64,000 nucleotides of DNA, from contig JACKPT010000015.1 of assembly GCA_024233345.1 (NCBI GenBank), positions 3,386 to 67,385 on the forward strand, given 5' to 3'. How positions within the stretch are numbered: the stretch's first letter is position 1; each line of letters opens with the position of its first letter. Shown piece after piece: positions 19,398 through 29,627 of the stretch. The position numbers were made by a program, and so were the translations under genes. The notes beneath the pieces were generated by a model, which had not been told where the DNA came from, did no database searches, and was given only the letters and a program-made list of their open reading frames with translations. The DNA is from Verrucomicrobiota bacterium. Its GTDB lineage: Bacteria > Verrucomicrobiota > Kiritimatiellia > CAIVKH01.

Positions 19398-19638
19398 CCG
19401 TGCCTTCAGCACGGATATTTTTTGTTTCGCCCTTTACCCAGGGCTGCGCCCTGGGCTATCGATTGTTGCCCCGTTGGGGCCAATGTTGGCTCCGGCAGTC
19501 GCACCGCGAGCCTGCGGCGGTGACCCGCCGTTGGGGCAAGCGGCGATCCCCACCGTGCCAAAGGCACGGCATTGGTCAGCCCGGTGCGAAGCGCCGGGGG
19601 GGCAGTCTCCCCTAATTCCCGCGTGCTGACGGCACGCC
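19398..19638. repeat. REP-like structured repeat unit A (~240 bp), downstream flank of the Y1 transposase gene
   Basis: A chain of short hairpins: ccgtgc-cttca-gcacgg, cccaggg-ctgcg-ccctggg, gcccc-gtt-ggggc, ccgtgcc-aaa-ggcacgg and gcgtgc-tgac-ggcacgc. It is collinear with 22155-22396, at roughly 85-90 percent identity by eye. Confidence 0.8.
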
Positions 19639-19661
19639 ACCCGCGGCCATCGCAACCAAGA

Positions 19662-20132
19662 TTAATCCCAAACATACCGCTCATCGTATGCGATCCGGTG
19701 TTTTTCCAGAAATTGTCGGTATTCCTCTTGAAAGGTCATTCGCCGATGATGCTCTTCCTGGTTCTCAATATAGGTCTTCACCCTGGAGATGTTTGACTCA
19801 CTTACCGAGAAGACCGCATATCCCTTTTGCCACTGAAACTTCGTCAAATTCGGATCCTTGGCTTCGGGTTGCTGTGATTTGATCCAGGCAGAAGATTCCT
19901 GCTTCAAAACTTGAACCACATGGGCAACGGATTCTGTCCGGGAAAGGAGAAACAGCACATGAACGTGATCGATCACCACGCGGGTGGTGAGGGATGGAGA
20001 TCCGAGCTTGGTGAGAATGCCGACCATATATCCCTCGGCAGCGATCCGGAGTTCAGGATACGCCAAGGCCCTTACCCGGTTCTTAGTACTGAAGGTTAGG
20101 TGCAGGGCAATGCTCGATAAAGATTGTGGCAT
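19662..20132 (-). CDS. IS200-like / REP-associated tyrosine (Y1, HUH) transposase
   Basis: 156 aa. Contains LHLTFSTKNR, the HUH motif DHVHVLF, and the catalytic Tyr context WQKGYAVFSV. The C-terminus is EEHHRRMTFQEEYRQFLEKHRIAYDERYVWD. Confidence 0.85.
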   Translation of the reverse strand: MPQSLSSIALHLTFSTKNRVRALAYPELRIAAEGYMVGILTKLGSPSLTTRVVIDHVHVLFLLSRTESVAHVVQVLKQESSAWIKSQQPEAKDPNLTKFQWQKGYAVFSVSESNISRVKTYIENQEEHHRRMTFQEEYRQFLEKHRIAYDERYVWD

Positions 20133-20154
20133 GATATGTTCCTTTGGGGTGGAA

Positions 20155-22148
20155 ACTAACCCGGATTCGACAGTTACCGCCTTAACCCGACAAATTTTCG
20201 GGTTGTTTTTGTGAAATCACTTGTAAATCGTCGCTTGAATTTCTGAAACGCGATGTAGTGGAGAATTGGGGGGTTGCGCGAATCGGCTGGCGGTTTGAAC
20301 ATGAGGTCATGTTTTTACGATCCAACCGCAAACGGACCAACGGCGAAACCTATGAATACTGGACGCTGGTGGAATCTGTGCGCACCTCACGCGGCCCGCG
20401 CCAGCGAACGGTTGCCACGCTGGGAAAGTTGCCGGGACTTGACGAGGACGAGCGGGCTGGATGGGAGGAGATCACTCGCCTGCTCGACGGAAGGGGTCGA
20501 CCGCAGGCCGACCTCTTTGAAGAGCCCTGCCCGCCTCCTCCGGAGTGGGCGCAGGTCGACCTGGCTGGAGTTCGCGTAGAACGGGTCCGTGATTTTGGGA
20601 GCGTGTATGTGGCCCTGGCCCTATGGCGGCGTCTCGGCCTTCACCGATTTTTTGAAGACCATGTCCGGTCCGGACGTGAACAGATCGACTGGGCAACGGT
20701 CGCGTGTATCCTGAGCATCGGGTCGTTTTGTTCACAGGGATCGGAGCTGGCGTTAAGCGATTGCTGGTATCGCAAAACCGCTTTGGACGACCTTCTGGGG
20801 GTCGATGCTGACGATGTATATGACAACCGTCTCTATCGGGGCCTTGATGAGCTGCTTCCGCTTCGTGAGGATCTGTTCACTCATCTTCGGGAACGCTACG
20901 AAAGTCTGTTTGGCGCCCGCTTCGAGTTCCTCCTCTACGACATCACCAGCACCTACTTTGAAGGCCAGTGTGAACGGAATCCTCAGGCGCAGCGGGGATA
21001 CAGCCGGGATAACCGCTCCGACTGTAAGCAGGTCTGTATCGGCCTGGTGGTCACCCCCGAAGGCCTTCCTCTGGCGTATGAAGTCTTCGCGGGCAACCGT
21101 GCCGATGTCACCACGGTCGAAGACATCGTGGATCTGATGGAAAGCAAGTATGGGCGTGCACAGCGGATCTGGGCGATGGACCGGGGCATGGTCAGCGAGG
21201 ACAACCTGGACTATCTCCGGGAGCGAGATGCTCTGTATATCGTCGGCACGCCGAAAGCCCGGCTGAGGAAGTTCGAGACAGAGTTGCTGCAAGCCGATGA
21301 CTGGCATGCCGTGGAAACCGGCGTGGAGGTTAAACTGGTCGACCATCCCGACAGACAGGGGCAGGAACGATACGTTCTGTGCCGAAGCCTTGCGCGTCAC
21401 GAAAAGGAAGCGGCGATGCTCAACCGCCAGCGCGATCGGCTGCGAACCAAGCTTCTGCAGATCGATGCCTCACTGAAGAAGCGTCCCCAAAAGCTTGAGG
21501 CGGTGGGCAGACGGATCGGCAAATGGATGGGGCGCAATACCGCAGCCGAGAAGGTCTTTGAGGTGGAGGTCATCGCCGAGTCCGGCCTGGCCGTTGGGTT
21601 GTGTATCGAAGAAGACGAAAGCAAGCTGGACTGGGCGCAGGCATCCCAGGGGGCGTATTTACTCAGAACGAACTGTCAGGAAGCCGATCCGGTAAAACTC
21701 TGGAAATGGTACATCCACCTGACCGAAGTGGAGGATGCCTTTCGAACGAGTAAATCTGATCTGGGCCTGCGCCCGGTGTACCACCAGCGCGAAGACCGGG
21801 TGCAGGCCCATATCCTGGTCTGCTTCCTCTCTTTGGTGCTGTGGCGGAGCCTGGAGATGTGGATGAAATCCAAAGGGTTGGGAACCTGTGCCCGTAAGGC
21901 CCTCAAGGAGCTCGAAACCATCCGCTCCATGGATGTAATCCTTCCGGTAAAAGACAAAGCAGAGGTCCGTCTGAGACTGGTCGCCAAGCCCGAAAAACTG
22001 GCGGCTGATCTGCTGGCTTATCTGGACCTGAAACTACCTTCCCGTCCAAAACAAATCGAAAATGTAGTGGAGAAAACAGGTGGGCAGAGGTCGAGTTGCT
22101 TAGGAAATATCGAATTTTAACCCCGTAACTGTCGAACTTGGGCTAAGC
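20155..22148 (+). mobile_element. IS1634-family (IS4-like) insertion sequence; boundaries approximate
   Basis: Imperfect terminal inverted repeats share the core ttcgacagttac (20166-20177), matched by gtaactgtcgaa (22126-22137). It carries a single long DDE-type transposase ORF. I could not identify a target-site duplication by eye. Confidence 0.65.
20309..22120 (+). CDS. IS1634-family transposase
   Basis: The N-terminus MFLRSNRKRTNGETYEYWTLVESVRTSRGPRQR is typical of IS1634-type transposases, and the ~600-aa length fits. The track ORF starts at GTG 20258. Confidence 0.75.
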   Translation: MFLRSNRKRTNGETYEYWTLVESVRTSRGPRQRTVATLGKLPGLDEDERAGWEEITRLLDGRGRPQADLFEEPCPPPPEWAQVDLAGVRVERVRDFGSVYVALALWRRLGLHRFFEDHVRSGREQIDWATVACILSIGSFCSQGSELALSDCWYRKTALDDLLGVDADDVYDNRLYRGLDELLPLREDLFTHLRERYESLFGARFEFLLYDITSTYFEGQCERNPQAQRGYSRDNRSDCKQVCIGLVVTPEGLPLAYEVFAGNRADVTTVEDIVDLMESKYGRAQRIWAMDRGMVSEDNLDYLRERDALYIVGTPKARLRKFETELLQADDWHAVETGVEVKLVDHPDRQGQERYVLCRSLARHEKEAAMLNRQRDRLRTKLLQIDASLKKRPQKLEAVGRRIGKWMGRNTAAEKVFEVEVIAESGLAVGLCIEEDESKLDWAQASQGAYLLRTNCQEADPVKLWKWYIHLTEVEDAFRTSKSDLGLRPVYHQREDRVQAHILVCFLSLVLWRSLEMWMKSKGLGTCARKALKELETIRSMDVILPVKDKAEVRLRLVAKPEKLAADLLAYLDLKLPSRPKQIENVVEKTGGQRSSCLGNIEF

Positions 22149-22154
22149 GAATGC

Positions 22155-22396
22155 CGTGCCTTCAGCACGGATATATTTTGTTTCGCCCTTTACCCAGGGC
22201 TGCGCCCTAGGCTATCGACTGTTGCCCCGTTGGGGCCAATGTTGGCCACGGCAGTTGCGCTGCGAACCTGCGAAGGTGACCCGCCGTTGGGCCACGCGGC
22301 GATCCCCACTGTGCCAAAGGCACGGCATTCGTTAGCCCGGTGCGAAGCGCCGGGTATTCATCGTGCCCAAGATTCCCGCGTGCTGAAGGCACGCCA
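22155..22396. repeat. REP-like structured repeat unit B (~240 bp), in direct orientation relative to unit A
   Basis: It starts with the same ccgtgccttcagcacgg and ends with gcgtgctgaaggcacgcc. It abuts the right end of the IS element. Confidence 0.8.
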
Positions 22397-22431
22397 TTCG
22401 CCTCGCGAGCATACGAGCGGTATCCTAACGG

Positions 22432-22566
22432 GGGCCAATGTTGACCACGGCAGTCGCACTGCGAGCCTGCGAAGGTGACCCGCCGTTGGGGCAAGCGGCG
22501 ATCCCATGGTCTGGACACGGCCAGGTTGGCCGTGTCACTTTTTTCCCTCGTGCTGAAGGCACGCCG
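22432..22566. repeat. Partial third REP-like unit plus an extra gtgctgaaggcacgcc hairpin
   Basis: 22432-22506 matches the central part of units A and B (ggggccaatgttg...ggtgacccgccgttggggcaagcggcgatccc). 22549-22566 repeats the terminal hairpin. Confidence 0.7.
22515..22546 (+). terminator. Intrinsic-terminator-like hairpin inside the REP array
   Basis: A 9-bp stem, gacacggcc-aggtt-ggccgtgtc, followed by ac + tttttt. Confidence 0.5.
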
Positions 22567-22641
22567 CCCGGCATTGTCATGGACGGAGAACATGGGTATG
22601 GTTTACAGTCGGAATGGTTTGATTGAACTGGAACGATACTC

Positions 22642-23913
22642 ATGTCGATACGGATCTTGGGAAGAAGTTTGGGATGGCTCCTGCTGGGCAGCCTGATCGC
22701 GGTCCAGTTTCTTTGGGTCGCCCGCCTGTACTCCAAGGAGTTGGATGCCCCGCCCACCCAGGATGATGCCTTCGAGGCGATGGAGCTGTTTACCCTCGCG
22801 ATGGAGCAGATCCGTCGCAACTTTGTTGATCCGGACCAGACTTCCTACTCCAACCTCGTTCACGGGGCGCTCCAGGGCATGTTGCAGTCATTGGATTCCC
22901 ATAGTTCGTTTCTCAATGTCGATGCCTATGAAGGCATGCGCGATGACACCAAGGGCCAATTTGGCGGGCTCGGTATAGTCATCACCATGCGGGACGATGT
23001 GCTGACGGTGGTTTCGGCCATGGAAGACACCCCTGGCTTTCGAGCCGGACTGTTGTCGGGAGACCGGATCGTCCAGGTGGATGGGGAATCCACCGAAGGT
23101 CTGGATTTACAGGATGCGGTGGACCGGTTGCGCGGCGAGCCGGGTACCAAGGTGGTCCTGACCATCGACCGGCCGGATCCCGAAGAAACCATCGAGGTGG
23201 AAATCATTCGGGCGGATATCCAGGTGCCGGTGGTCAAAGACACCCGGATGCTCGATGACCGTATCGGCTATACCCGGATTGTCACGTTCAATGAGCAGAC
23301 TGCCGCACTGCTGGAACGGGAGCTTTCCGAGTTGAGCGGCCAGGGGATGCAGGCGCTGATCCTTGATTTGCGAAATAACCCCGGGGGGCTCCTCAATGCC
23401 GCCATCGATGTCGCGGACATCTTTCTCGATCGTCGCGAAGTGATTGTTTCGACCCAGAGCCGGGAGGATGAACAGACATTCCGGGCCCGCTCCCGGGCGG
23501 CATACAAACTTCCCCTCGCCATTCTCGTGAATGGCGGGAGTGCCAGCGCATCCGAAATTGTCGCGGGGGCCCTGCAGGACCATCACCGGGCGGTCCTGGT
23601 CGGGGAGAAAACGTTTGGCAAGGGTTCGGTCCAGAGTGTGTTGCCGCTCAAGGACGGTTCCGCCCTGCGTTTGACCACCGCCCGCTATTACACACCCTCC
23701 AACCGGGCGATCCATGACAAGGGGATCGAACCGGATATCGTGGTCCCGATGCCGCCCACGGACTGGTATCTACTGATGATGCAGCGCGAGCGGGAAAAGA
23801 ATCCCGGTGCGTTACCCGATGCCGAACCGGCGGTGGAACCGCTGCGCGATCCCCACATGGATCGGGCACGGGAGATGCTCGATGGCATCCTGACCTTTAT
23901 GGCCCGGCAATGA
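22642..23913 (+). CDS. ctpA: Carboxyl-terminal processing protease (peptidase S41)
   Basis: Contains FGGLGIVI, a PDZ segment (GFRAGLLSGDRIVQVDG), GSASASEIVAGALQD and the GEKTFGKGSVQ catalytic region. Confidence 0.88.
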   Translation: MSIRILGRSLGWLLLGSLIAVQFLWVARLYSKELDAPPTQDDAFEAMELFTLAMEQIRRNFVDPDQTSYSNLVHGALQGMLQSLDSHSSFLNVDAYEGMRDDTKGQFGGLGIVITMRDDVLTVVSAMEDTPGFRAGLLSGDRIVQVDGESTEGLDLQDAVDRLRGEPGTKVVLTIDRPDPEETIEVEIIRADIQVPVVKDTRMLDDRIGYTRIVTFNEQTAALLERELSELSGQGMQALILDLRNNPGGLLNAAIDVADIFLDRREVIVSTQSREDEQTFRARSRAAYKLPLAILVNGGSASASEIVAGALQDHHRAVLVGEKTFGKGSVQSVLPLKDGSALRLTTARYYTPSNRAIHDKGIEPDIVVPMPPTDWYLLMMQREREKNPGALPDAEPAVEPLRDPHMDRAREMLDGILTFMARQ

Positions 23914-24989
23914 ATGATGGTCTTCCGGCCTCGGCCCCCCGCATCCTGCTCGCGATCGAAACTTCCTGCGATGAAACGGCGATTGCGGTCATGGATGAAA
24001 AGGGCCATGTCCCGGTTCACCGGATTTTCAGTCAGATCGATCAGCATCGCCCCTTTGGCGGGGTGGTGCCAGAGGTGGCATCGCGCTGCCATGTGGAAGC
24101 CCTGCCCCCAATGCTCGATGAAGTCATCGCGGCGGCGGGTCTCGACTGGTCGGCGATCGAGGGGGTCGCCTTTACCCGTGGTCCCGGTCTGGCCACTTCT
24201 CTGTTGACCGGTATGGCTTCCGCCCGGGCCCTCGCCTACCGGTTGCAGTGCCCGATCACCGGGGTTAACCATCTTCATGGCCATGCGGTCTCGATTCGGT
24301 TAACGCGCAATGGCGGCATGAAAGACATTGCCTTGCCGGCCCTGATCCTGCTGGTCTCGGGCGGCCATACCATGCTGCTGCTCGAAGAAACCCCTGCCCG
24401 CTACCGCTTGCTGGGTCAGACCCTCGATGATGCGGCCGGGGAGGCCCTCGACAAGGGAGCCAAACTGATGGGATTGGGCTATCCCGGTGGGCCGGAAATT
24501 GAAGCCCATGCCCGCACCGGCGACCCTGCCGCCTTCGCCTTTCCCCGCGGCCTTGCCCGGAACCAGGAGGCGTCCCACCGGTATTGCTTCAGCTTCAGTG
24601 GCCTGAAAACGTCCTTGATGGTTTTGTTGAAGCGGGAACCGTCCCTGAAAGAATCCCGGTTGGCTGATCTGGCCGCCAGCTACCAGGAAGCGGTGGTGGA
24701 TGCCCTGATGCTCCGGGTGGTCGATGCGCTCGACCACTTGCCCATCCGAACCCTTGCCTGCGCCGGGGGGGTGGCGCGAAATGCCCGGTTGCGTGAAAAA
24801 CTATCCGCCGCCGCTGATCATTCCGGGGTTGCCCTGGCCCTGACCGAACCTGAATTTTGCGCAGACAATGCCGCCATGATCGCCGCCTCGGCACGGTTGC
24901 TCAATACCTGGGCCGATCCGGTTGCTGCTGATCTGGATGTCCTGCCGGGGTGGGGGCTGGGGGAGGACACCGGGACGCCCCATCATTGA
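23910..24989 (+). CDS. tsaD: tRNA N6-adenosine threonylcarbamoyltransferase
   Basis: Contains ILLAIETSCDETAIAV, HLHGHA and LLVSGGHT. There is an ATGA overlap with ctpA. Confidence 0.92.
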   Translation: MNDGLPASAPRILLAIETSCDETAIAVMDEKGHVPVHRIFSQIDQHRPFGGVVPEVASRCHVEALPPMLDEVIAAAGLDWSAIEGVAFTRGPGLATSLLTGMASARALAYRLQCPITGVNHLHGHAVSIRLTRNGGMKDIALPALILLVSGGHTMLLLEETPARYRLLGQTLDDAAGEALDKGAKLMGLGYPGGPEIEAHARTGDPAAFAFPRGLARNQEASHRYCFSFSGLKTSLMVLLKREPSLKESRLADLAASYQEAVVDALMLRVVDALDHLPIRTLACAGGVARNARLREKLSAAADHSGVALALTEPEFCADNAAMIAASARLLNTWADPVAADLDVLPGWGLGEDTGTPHH

Positions 24990-25050
24990 CACACGGTATC
25001 AATCCCTTTAACCTGCACCCCCATAAGACTGTGCATACAGGAGACGATGT

Positions 25051-26748
25051 TTGACCGCAAACGACGAATATATTGTCGAAATCCTTGAGGGCGTTGGGCT
25101 GATTACCAGTGCGCAGGCACAGGAGGCGCTCCAGTGGGCCCAACAAAATGACAAGCCGGTGATCGATGTCCTGACCCTGCAGCAGGGAATCGAAAAATCC
25201 GACATCCTCAAAGCACTTGCCAATCAGTTTGGCATGGAGTTCATGAACTTGACCGGGGTCGATGTCGACCAGGAGATCATTGATCTGGTCCCTGCGGAAA
25301 TTGCCCGCCGGTACAAAGTGCTGCCGGTCTTTTCCGGTGACAATTCCATCACCGTGGCCATGAGTGATCCCCTCGATGTCGAGACCCTCGACTCCCTCCG
25401 GTACGTACTGCGCATGGGCGTGGAAGGGGTGGTTTCCCTGCCCGAGGAGATCGACGCGGGAATCAACCGCTATTATGGCGGTTCGGCGGTCGATCAGATG
25501 TGGGATGCGACGGAAAAGGAAGTGACCCGGGGACTCGATATTCCCAGCCTCGAAGGTGAGGATGAGGTCACGGATGCGGATGCCCCCATCATCAAGCTGG
25601 TCAGTTTGATCATTCTCGAAGCATTCCGCAGCCGGGCTTCGGACATCCATCTCGAACCCCAGGAGCGCAAGTTCCGGGTGCGCTACCGGATCGACGGTGT
25701 CCTCCACGAGGTGGAAAGCCCCCCCAAACGGCTGCAGGCCGCAGTGATCAGCCGAATCAAGATCATGGCGAATATGAGCATCGCGGAAAAACGGCTTCCC
25801 CAGGACGGACGCATCCAGATCAATGTCATGGGCCGCGACCTCGACCTGCGCGTTTCTTCGGTTCCCTCCAACCACGGGGAATCGATCGTCATGCGTATTC
25901 TCGACAAGGAAGGCCTGCAGCTCGGTCTGCCCAAACTTGGCTTCTTCTCCGATGACCAGCAAACTTTCGAGCGGATGATCGGTTTGTCCGACGGGATCCT
26001 GCTGGTGACCGGTCCCACCGGATCCGGTAAAACCACCACCCTCTACTCCTGTCTGAACTATATCAACAAGCCGGACCGCAAAATCATCACGGTCGAGGAT
26101 CCGGTTGAATACCAGATGAGTGGCATCAACCAGGTCCAGGTGCGCGCGGATATCGGAATGACCTTTGGCGCCGCTCTGCGGTCCATGCTTCGTCAGGCCC
26201 CGAACATCATCATGATCGGGGAAATCCGCGACCTGGAAACTGCGGAAATCGCGGTCAATGCCTCCCTGACCGGCCACCTTGTGTTCAGCACCCTTCACAC
26301 CAATGACGCCCCCAGCGCAGTCACCCGGTTGATCGATATCGGGGTCAAACCGTTTCTGGTCGCGTCATCGACCCGGGCGATTATGGCCCAACGGCTGGTG
26401 CGGAAAATTTGTGATAAATGCAAGGAGTCCCATAAAGCGAGCGATCGGGAACTGCGCCTGCTCGGTCCGATGGCCGAACAGTTCGCCAATGTCGAACTGG
26501 TGCGGGGCGCGGGCTGCGATGCCTGCAAGAACACGGGCTATAAAGGCCGGATCGGGTTGTTTGAAATCTTTGTCATCAACGATGAAGTCCGGCACATGAT
26601 CTTTGAGCAGTCCACCTCGGCAACCCTCCGCCGCCGGGCTCGCGAGCTGGGCATGCGCACCCTCCGCGAAGATGGCCTCCGCAAGGTCATGAGCGGGATG
26701 ACCACCCTTTCCGAAGTCTTTCGCGTCACCATGGGAGATGCCAACTGA
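25051..26748 (+). CDS. pilB: GspE/PilB-family secretion ATPase, copy 1
   Basis: Has a T2SSE_N (MshEN-like) N-domain, Walker [25 protein letters not shown], and a tetracysteine motif CDKC...CDAC. It uses a TTG start with AGGAG 7 nt upstream. Confidence 0.88.
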   Translation: MTANDEYIVEILEGVGLITSAQAQEALQWAQQNDKPVIDVLTLQQGIEKSDILKALANQFGMEFMNLTGVDVDQEIIDLVPAEIARRYKVLPVFSGDNSITVAMSDPLDVETLDSLRYVLRMGVEGVVSLPEEIDAGINRYYGGSAVDQMWDATEKEVTRGLDIPSLEGEDEVTDADAPIIKLVSLIILEAFRSRASDIHLEPQERKFRVRYRIDGVLHEVESPPKRLQAAVISRIKIMANMSIAEKRLPQDGRIQINVMGRDLDLRVSSVPSNHGESIVMRILDKEGLQLGLPKLGFFSDDQQTFERMIGLSDGILLVTGPTGSGKTTTLYSCLNYINKPDRKIITVEDPVEYQMSGINQVQVRADIGMTFGAALRSMLRQAPNIIMIGEIRDLETAEIAVNASLTGHLVFSTLHTNDAPSAVTRLIDIGVKPFLVASSTRAIMAQRLVRKICDKCKESHKASDRELRLLGPMAEQFANVELVRGAGCDACKNTGYKGRIGLFEIFVINDEVRHMIFEQSTSATLRRRARELGMRTLREDGLRKVMSGMTTLSEVFRVTMGDAN

Positions 26749-27841
26749 CATGACTATCAAATCGTCGGATATCAACATGATCGACCTGCTCAACCTGGTC
26801 GTGGACGAAGAGGCCTCCGACCTCCATCTCACCGTGGACAGCCCTCCGGTCATCCGCCTCAACGGGGCCATGCAGCCCATCGACACCGAACCGCTGACCC
26901 CCCAGGATACCGAGCGGTTGATGCTGGAAATCACCGACGAGGAGCACCAGGCCAAATTGCGGGAGGGCCGGGGCACCGATTTTGGATTCAGCCACGAAGA
27001 CAAGGCCCGGTTCCGGGTCAGTGCCTTCTACCAGAAACATGCCATCGGTCTGGTCCTCCGCCAGATTCCCAAGAAGCTGCTCACCCTCGAGGAGATCGGT
27101 CTGCCTCCCGCGATCAAGGAACTGCTGTATAAACCGCGCGGGCTGATCCTGGTGACCGGTCCCACCGGGTCGGGAAAAACCACCACCCTCGCCAGCATGT
27201 TGAACATCATCAATGAAACCCGGGATTGCCACGTGATCACCGTGGAAGACCCCATCGAATATTACCACCCCCACAAGAAAAGTGTGGTCACACAACGGGA
27301 AGTCGGGGTCGATGTCCCCAGTTTCAAGGAAGCGCTGCGCCGGGCCCTCCGTCAGGATCCGGATGTGATTCTCGTGGGGGAAATGCGGGATCTCGAAACG
27401 ATGGAAGCGGCGATTACCGCTGCCGAAACCGGCCACCTGGTGTTCGCCACCCTCCACACCACCGGGGCGGCCCGTACCGTGGACCGGATCGTCGATGCTT
27501 TCCCCACCAATCAGCAGGAACAAATCCGCACCCAGCTCGCATCCAGCATTGTTGCGGTGATCTCCCAGCTACTGCTGGTTCGTCAGGATAAACCGGGCCG
27601 GGTCGCGGCCTTTGAAATCATGCTCGCCACCCCGTCCATTCGGTCCCTCATCCGGGAAAATAAAACCTACCGGATCACCTCGGATATCCAGACCGGCGGC
27701 AAGTGGGGAATGGTCACCCTCGATTCCAATTTGATGCACCTGTACGAGGAAGGCAAAATCAGCTACGAGGCGCTGGTCACCAGCGCCCAGGATGTCGACA
27801 GCATCCTCCAGAAACTGCAATCGGACGCACGAAAGAAATAA
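26738..27841 (+). CDS. pilT: Type IV pilus retraction ATPase PilT
   Basis: 367 aa. Contains [37 protein letters not shown] and [11 protein letters not shown] (AIRNLIRE-like). An alternative start is ATG 26750. Confidence 0.88.
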   Translation: MPTDMTIKSSDINMIDLLNLVVDEEASDLHLTVDSPPVIRLNGAMQPIDTEPLTPQDTERLMLEITDEEHQAKLREGRGTDFGFSHEDKARFRVSAFYQKHAIGLVLRQIPKKLLTLEEIGLPPAIKELLYKPRGLILVTGPTGSGKTTTLASMLNIINETRDCHVITVEDPIEYYHPHKKSVVTQREVGVDVPSFKEALRRALRQDPDVILVGEMRDLETMEAAITAAETGHLVFATLHTTGAARTVDRIVDAFPTNQQEQIRTQLASSIVAVISQLLLVRQDKPGRVAAFEIMLATPSIRSLIRENKTYRITSDIQTGGKWGMVTLDSNLMHLYEEGKISYEALVTSAQDVDSILQKLQSDARKK

Positions 27842-27847
27842 CCCGCC

Positions 27848-29554
27848 ATGGCCGATCTCGAATACAAGGATCCACTGCTGCAGCAACTCTATGACGAGGA
27901 GATGCTGACTTCCGCCCAGGCGGAGGAGATTGTCGACGAACACGAGCGCACCGGTCGGTCGGTTCGTGAATTACTGGTGGACATGGATGTCCTCAGTGAG
28001 GATGCCCTGCTGGAAATTGTCGCCCAGCAACTCGGTTCGCGGGTGATCTCCCTGCATTCGGTATCCCTCCCCACGGATGTGATCCGTTCGATTCCCGCCA
28101 GTGTGGCCCGGATGTACAACGTAATCCCGGTCAGTGCGGATGCCCAATCGGTCGAACTGGCGACTTCGGAACTGCTCAGCCCGGAAGTCATTGATGAACT
28201 TCACTTTGTCCTGTCCCGCGATGTCACCTTTGTGGCTGCCCGGGAGGCGGAAATTCGGGCCGCCCTCGAGGAGAACTACGGGGATGATTCCGACTCGGTC
28301 ACCGAGATGCTGTCCGCGCTCGAATCGGAACTCGACAGTGTCGGCGAGCATATTGCTGCGGCCGGCGACAATGTCATCGAGCTGGAAAATGCCGCCAACC
28401 AGGCCCCGGTGGTCCGGTATGTCAACCTGATCCTGTACCAGGCGGTCAAGGACAAGGCCTCGGACGTTCACTTCGAGCCGTTCGAGACGGAGTTCAAAAT
28501 CCGGTACCGGGTCGATGGCGCCCTGTATGAAATGTCCCCGCCCCCCAAGCATCTGGCCCTTCCTGTAACCTCCCGCATCAAGGTGATCTCCGGATTGAAT
28601 ATCGCGGAACGGCGGCTGCCCCAGGATGGACGCATCCAGCTCCAGATCGCCGGCAAGCAGATCGATTTCCGTGTCTCCACCCTGCCCACACAATTCGGGG
28701 AAAGCGTGGTGATCCGGGTTCTTGACCGGAGTGTGGTCTCCCTCGACCTCGAAAACATCGGCATGCCCGACGATATCTACAATAATTTTGGCGAGGATAT
28801 TGCCAAACCCAATGGCATCGTGGTGGTCACCGGTCCCACCGGCTCCGGAAAAACCACCACCCTGTATTCCGCCCTGCGCCGCCTGAATACCGAGGAAAAC
28901 AAGCTTCTCACCGCCGAGGATCCGGTGGAGTATGATATTGATGGCATTGTCCAGATTCCCACCAACGAAGCCATCGGCCTGACCTTTGGCCGCACCCTTC
29001 GCGCATTCCTCCGGCAGGATCCGGACATTATCATGGTCGGGGAAATTCGCGACAAGGATACCGCGGAAATTGCCATTCAATCCTCGCTCACCGGGCATTT
29101 GGTCTTCAGTACCCTCCACACCAACGATGCTCCCGGGGCCATCACCCGCTTGATCGATATGGGGGTCGAACCCTTTCTGATCGCTTCCACCATGGAAGCG
29201 GTACTCGGCCAGCGGCTGGTGCGCACGATTTGTCCCAATTGCAAGACACCCTATGAGCCGGAAGACGATATGCTGCAAATGCTCGGGTTGAGCCGCAGTG
29301 ATGTCGGGGGGCGCCCGTTCTATTTTGGCAAGGGCTGCCTGCAGTGCAATGAGACCGGTTACAAGGGCCGCCGGGGTATCTACGAGTATCTTCGCATCAG
29401 CGACCCCATTCGCGAGCTCATCAACGAGCGCAAACCCACCATCGTGATCCGGGACAAGGCGATCGAACTGGGCATGCGCACCCTCCGCGAAGACGGTATT
29501 CGCTGCATCCTGGATGGCTCCACCACCGTCGAAGAAGTCCTGAAGTATACCTGA
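27848..29554 (+). CDS. pilB: GspE/PilB-family secretion ATPase, copy 2
   Basis: Same architecture as copy 1 (N-domain, [19 protein letters not shown]...CLQC). By eye it is about half identical to copy 1 in the catalytic region. Confidence 0.88.
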   Translation: MADLEYKDPLLQQLYDEEMLTSAQAEEIVDEHERTGRSVRELLVDMDVLSEDALLEIVAQQLGSRVISLHSVSLPTDVIRSIPASVARMYNVIPVSADAQSVELATSELLSPEVIDELHFVLSRDVTFVAAREAEIRAALEENYGDDSDSVTEMLSALESELDSVGEHIAAAGDNVIELENAANQAPVVRYVNLILYQAVKDKASDVHFEPFETEFKIRYRVDGALYEMSPPPKHLALPVTSRIKVISGLNIAERRLPQDGRIQLQIAGKQIDFRVSTLPTQFGESVVIRVLDRSVVSLDLENIGMPDDIYNNFGEDIAKPNGIVVVTGPTGSGKTTTLYSALRRLNTEENKLLTAEDPVEYDIDGIVQIPTNEAIGLTFGRTLRAFLRQDPDIIMVGEIRDKDTAEIAIQSSLTGHLVFSTLHTNDAPGAITRLIDMGVEPFLIASTMEAVLGQRLVRTICPNCKTPYEPEDDMLQMLGLSRSDVGGRPFYFGKGCLQCNETGYKGRRGIYEYLRISDPIRELINERKPTIVIRDKAIELGMRTLREDGIRCILDGSTTVEEVLKYT

Positions 29555-29627
29555 GCAAAAACTTTTATTTGCCATTGTAAACCGTTTTGATTACTGTGCG
29601 GTATCGGTTTAACGGCAGGACTTTTCC

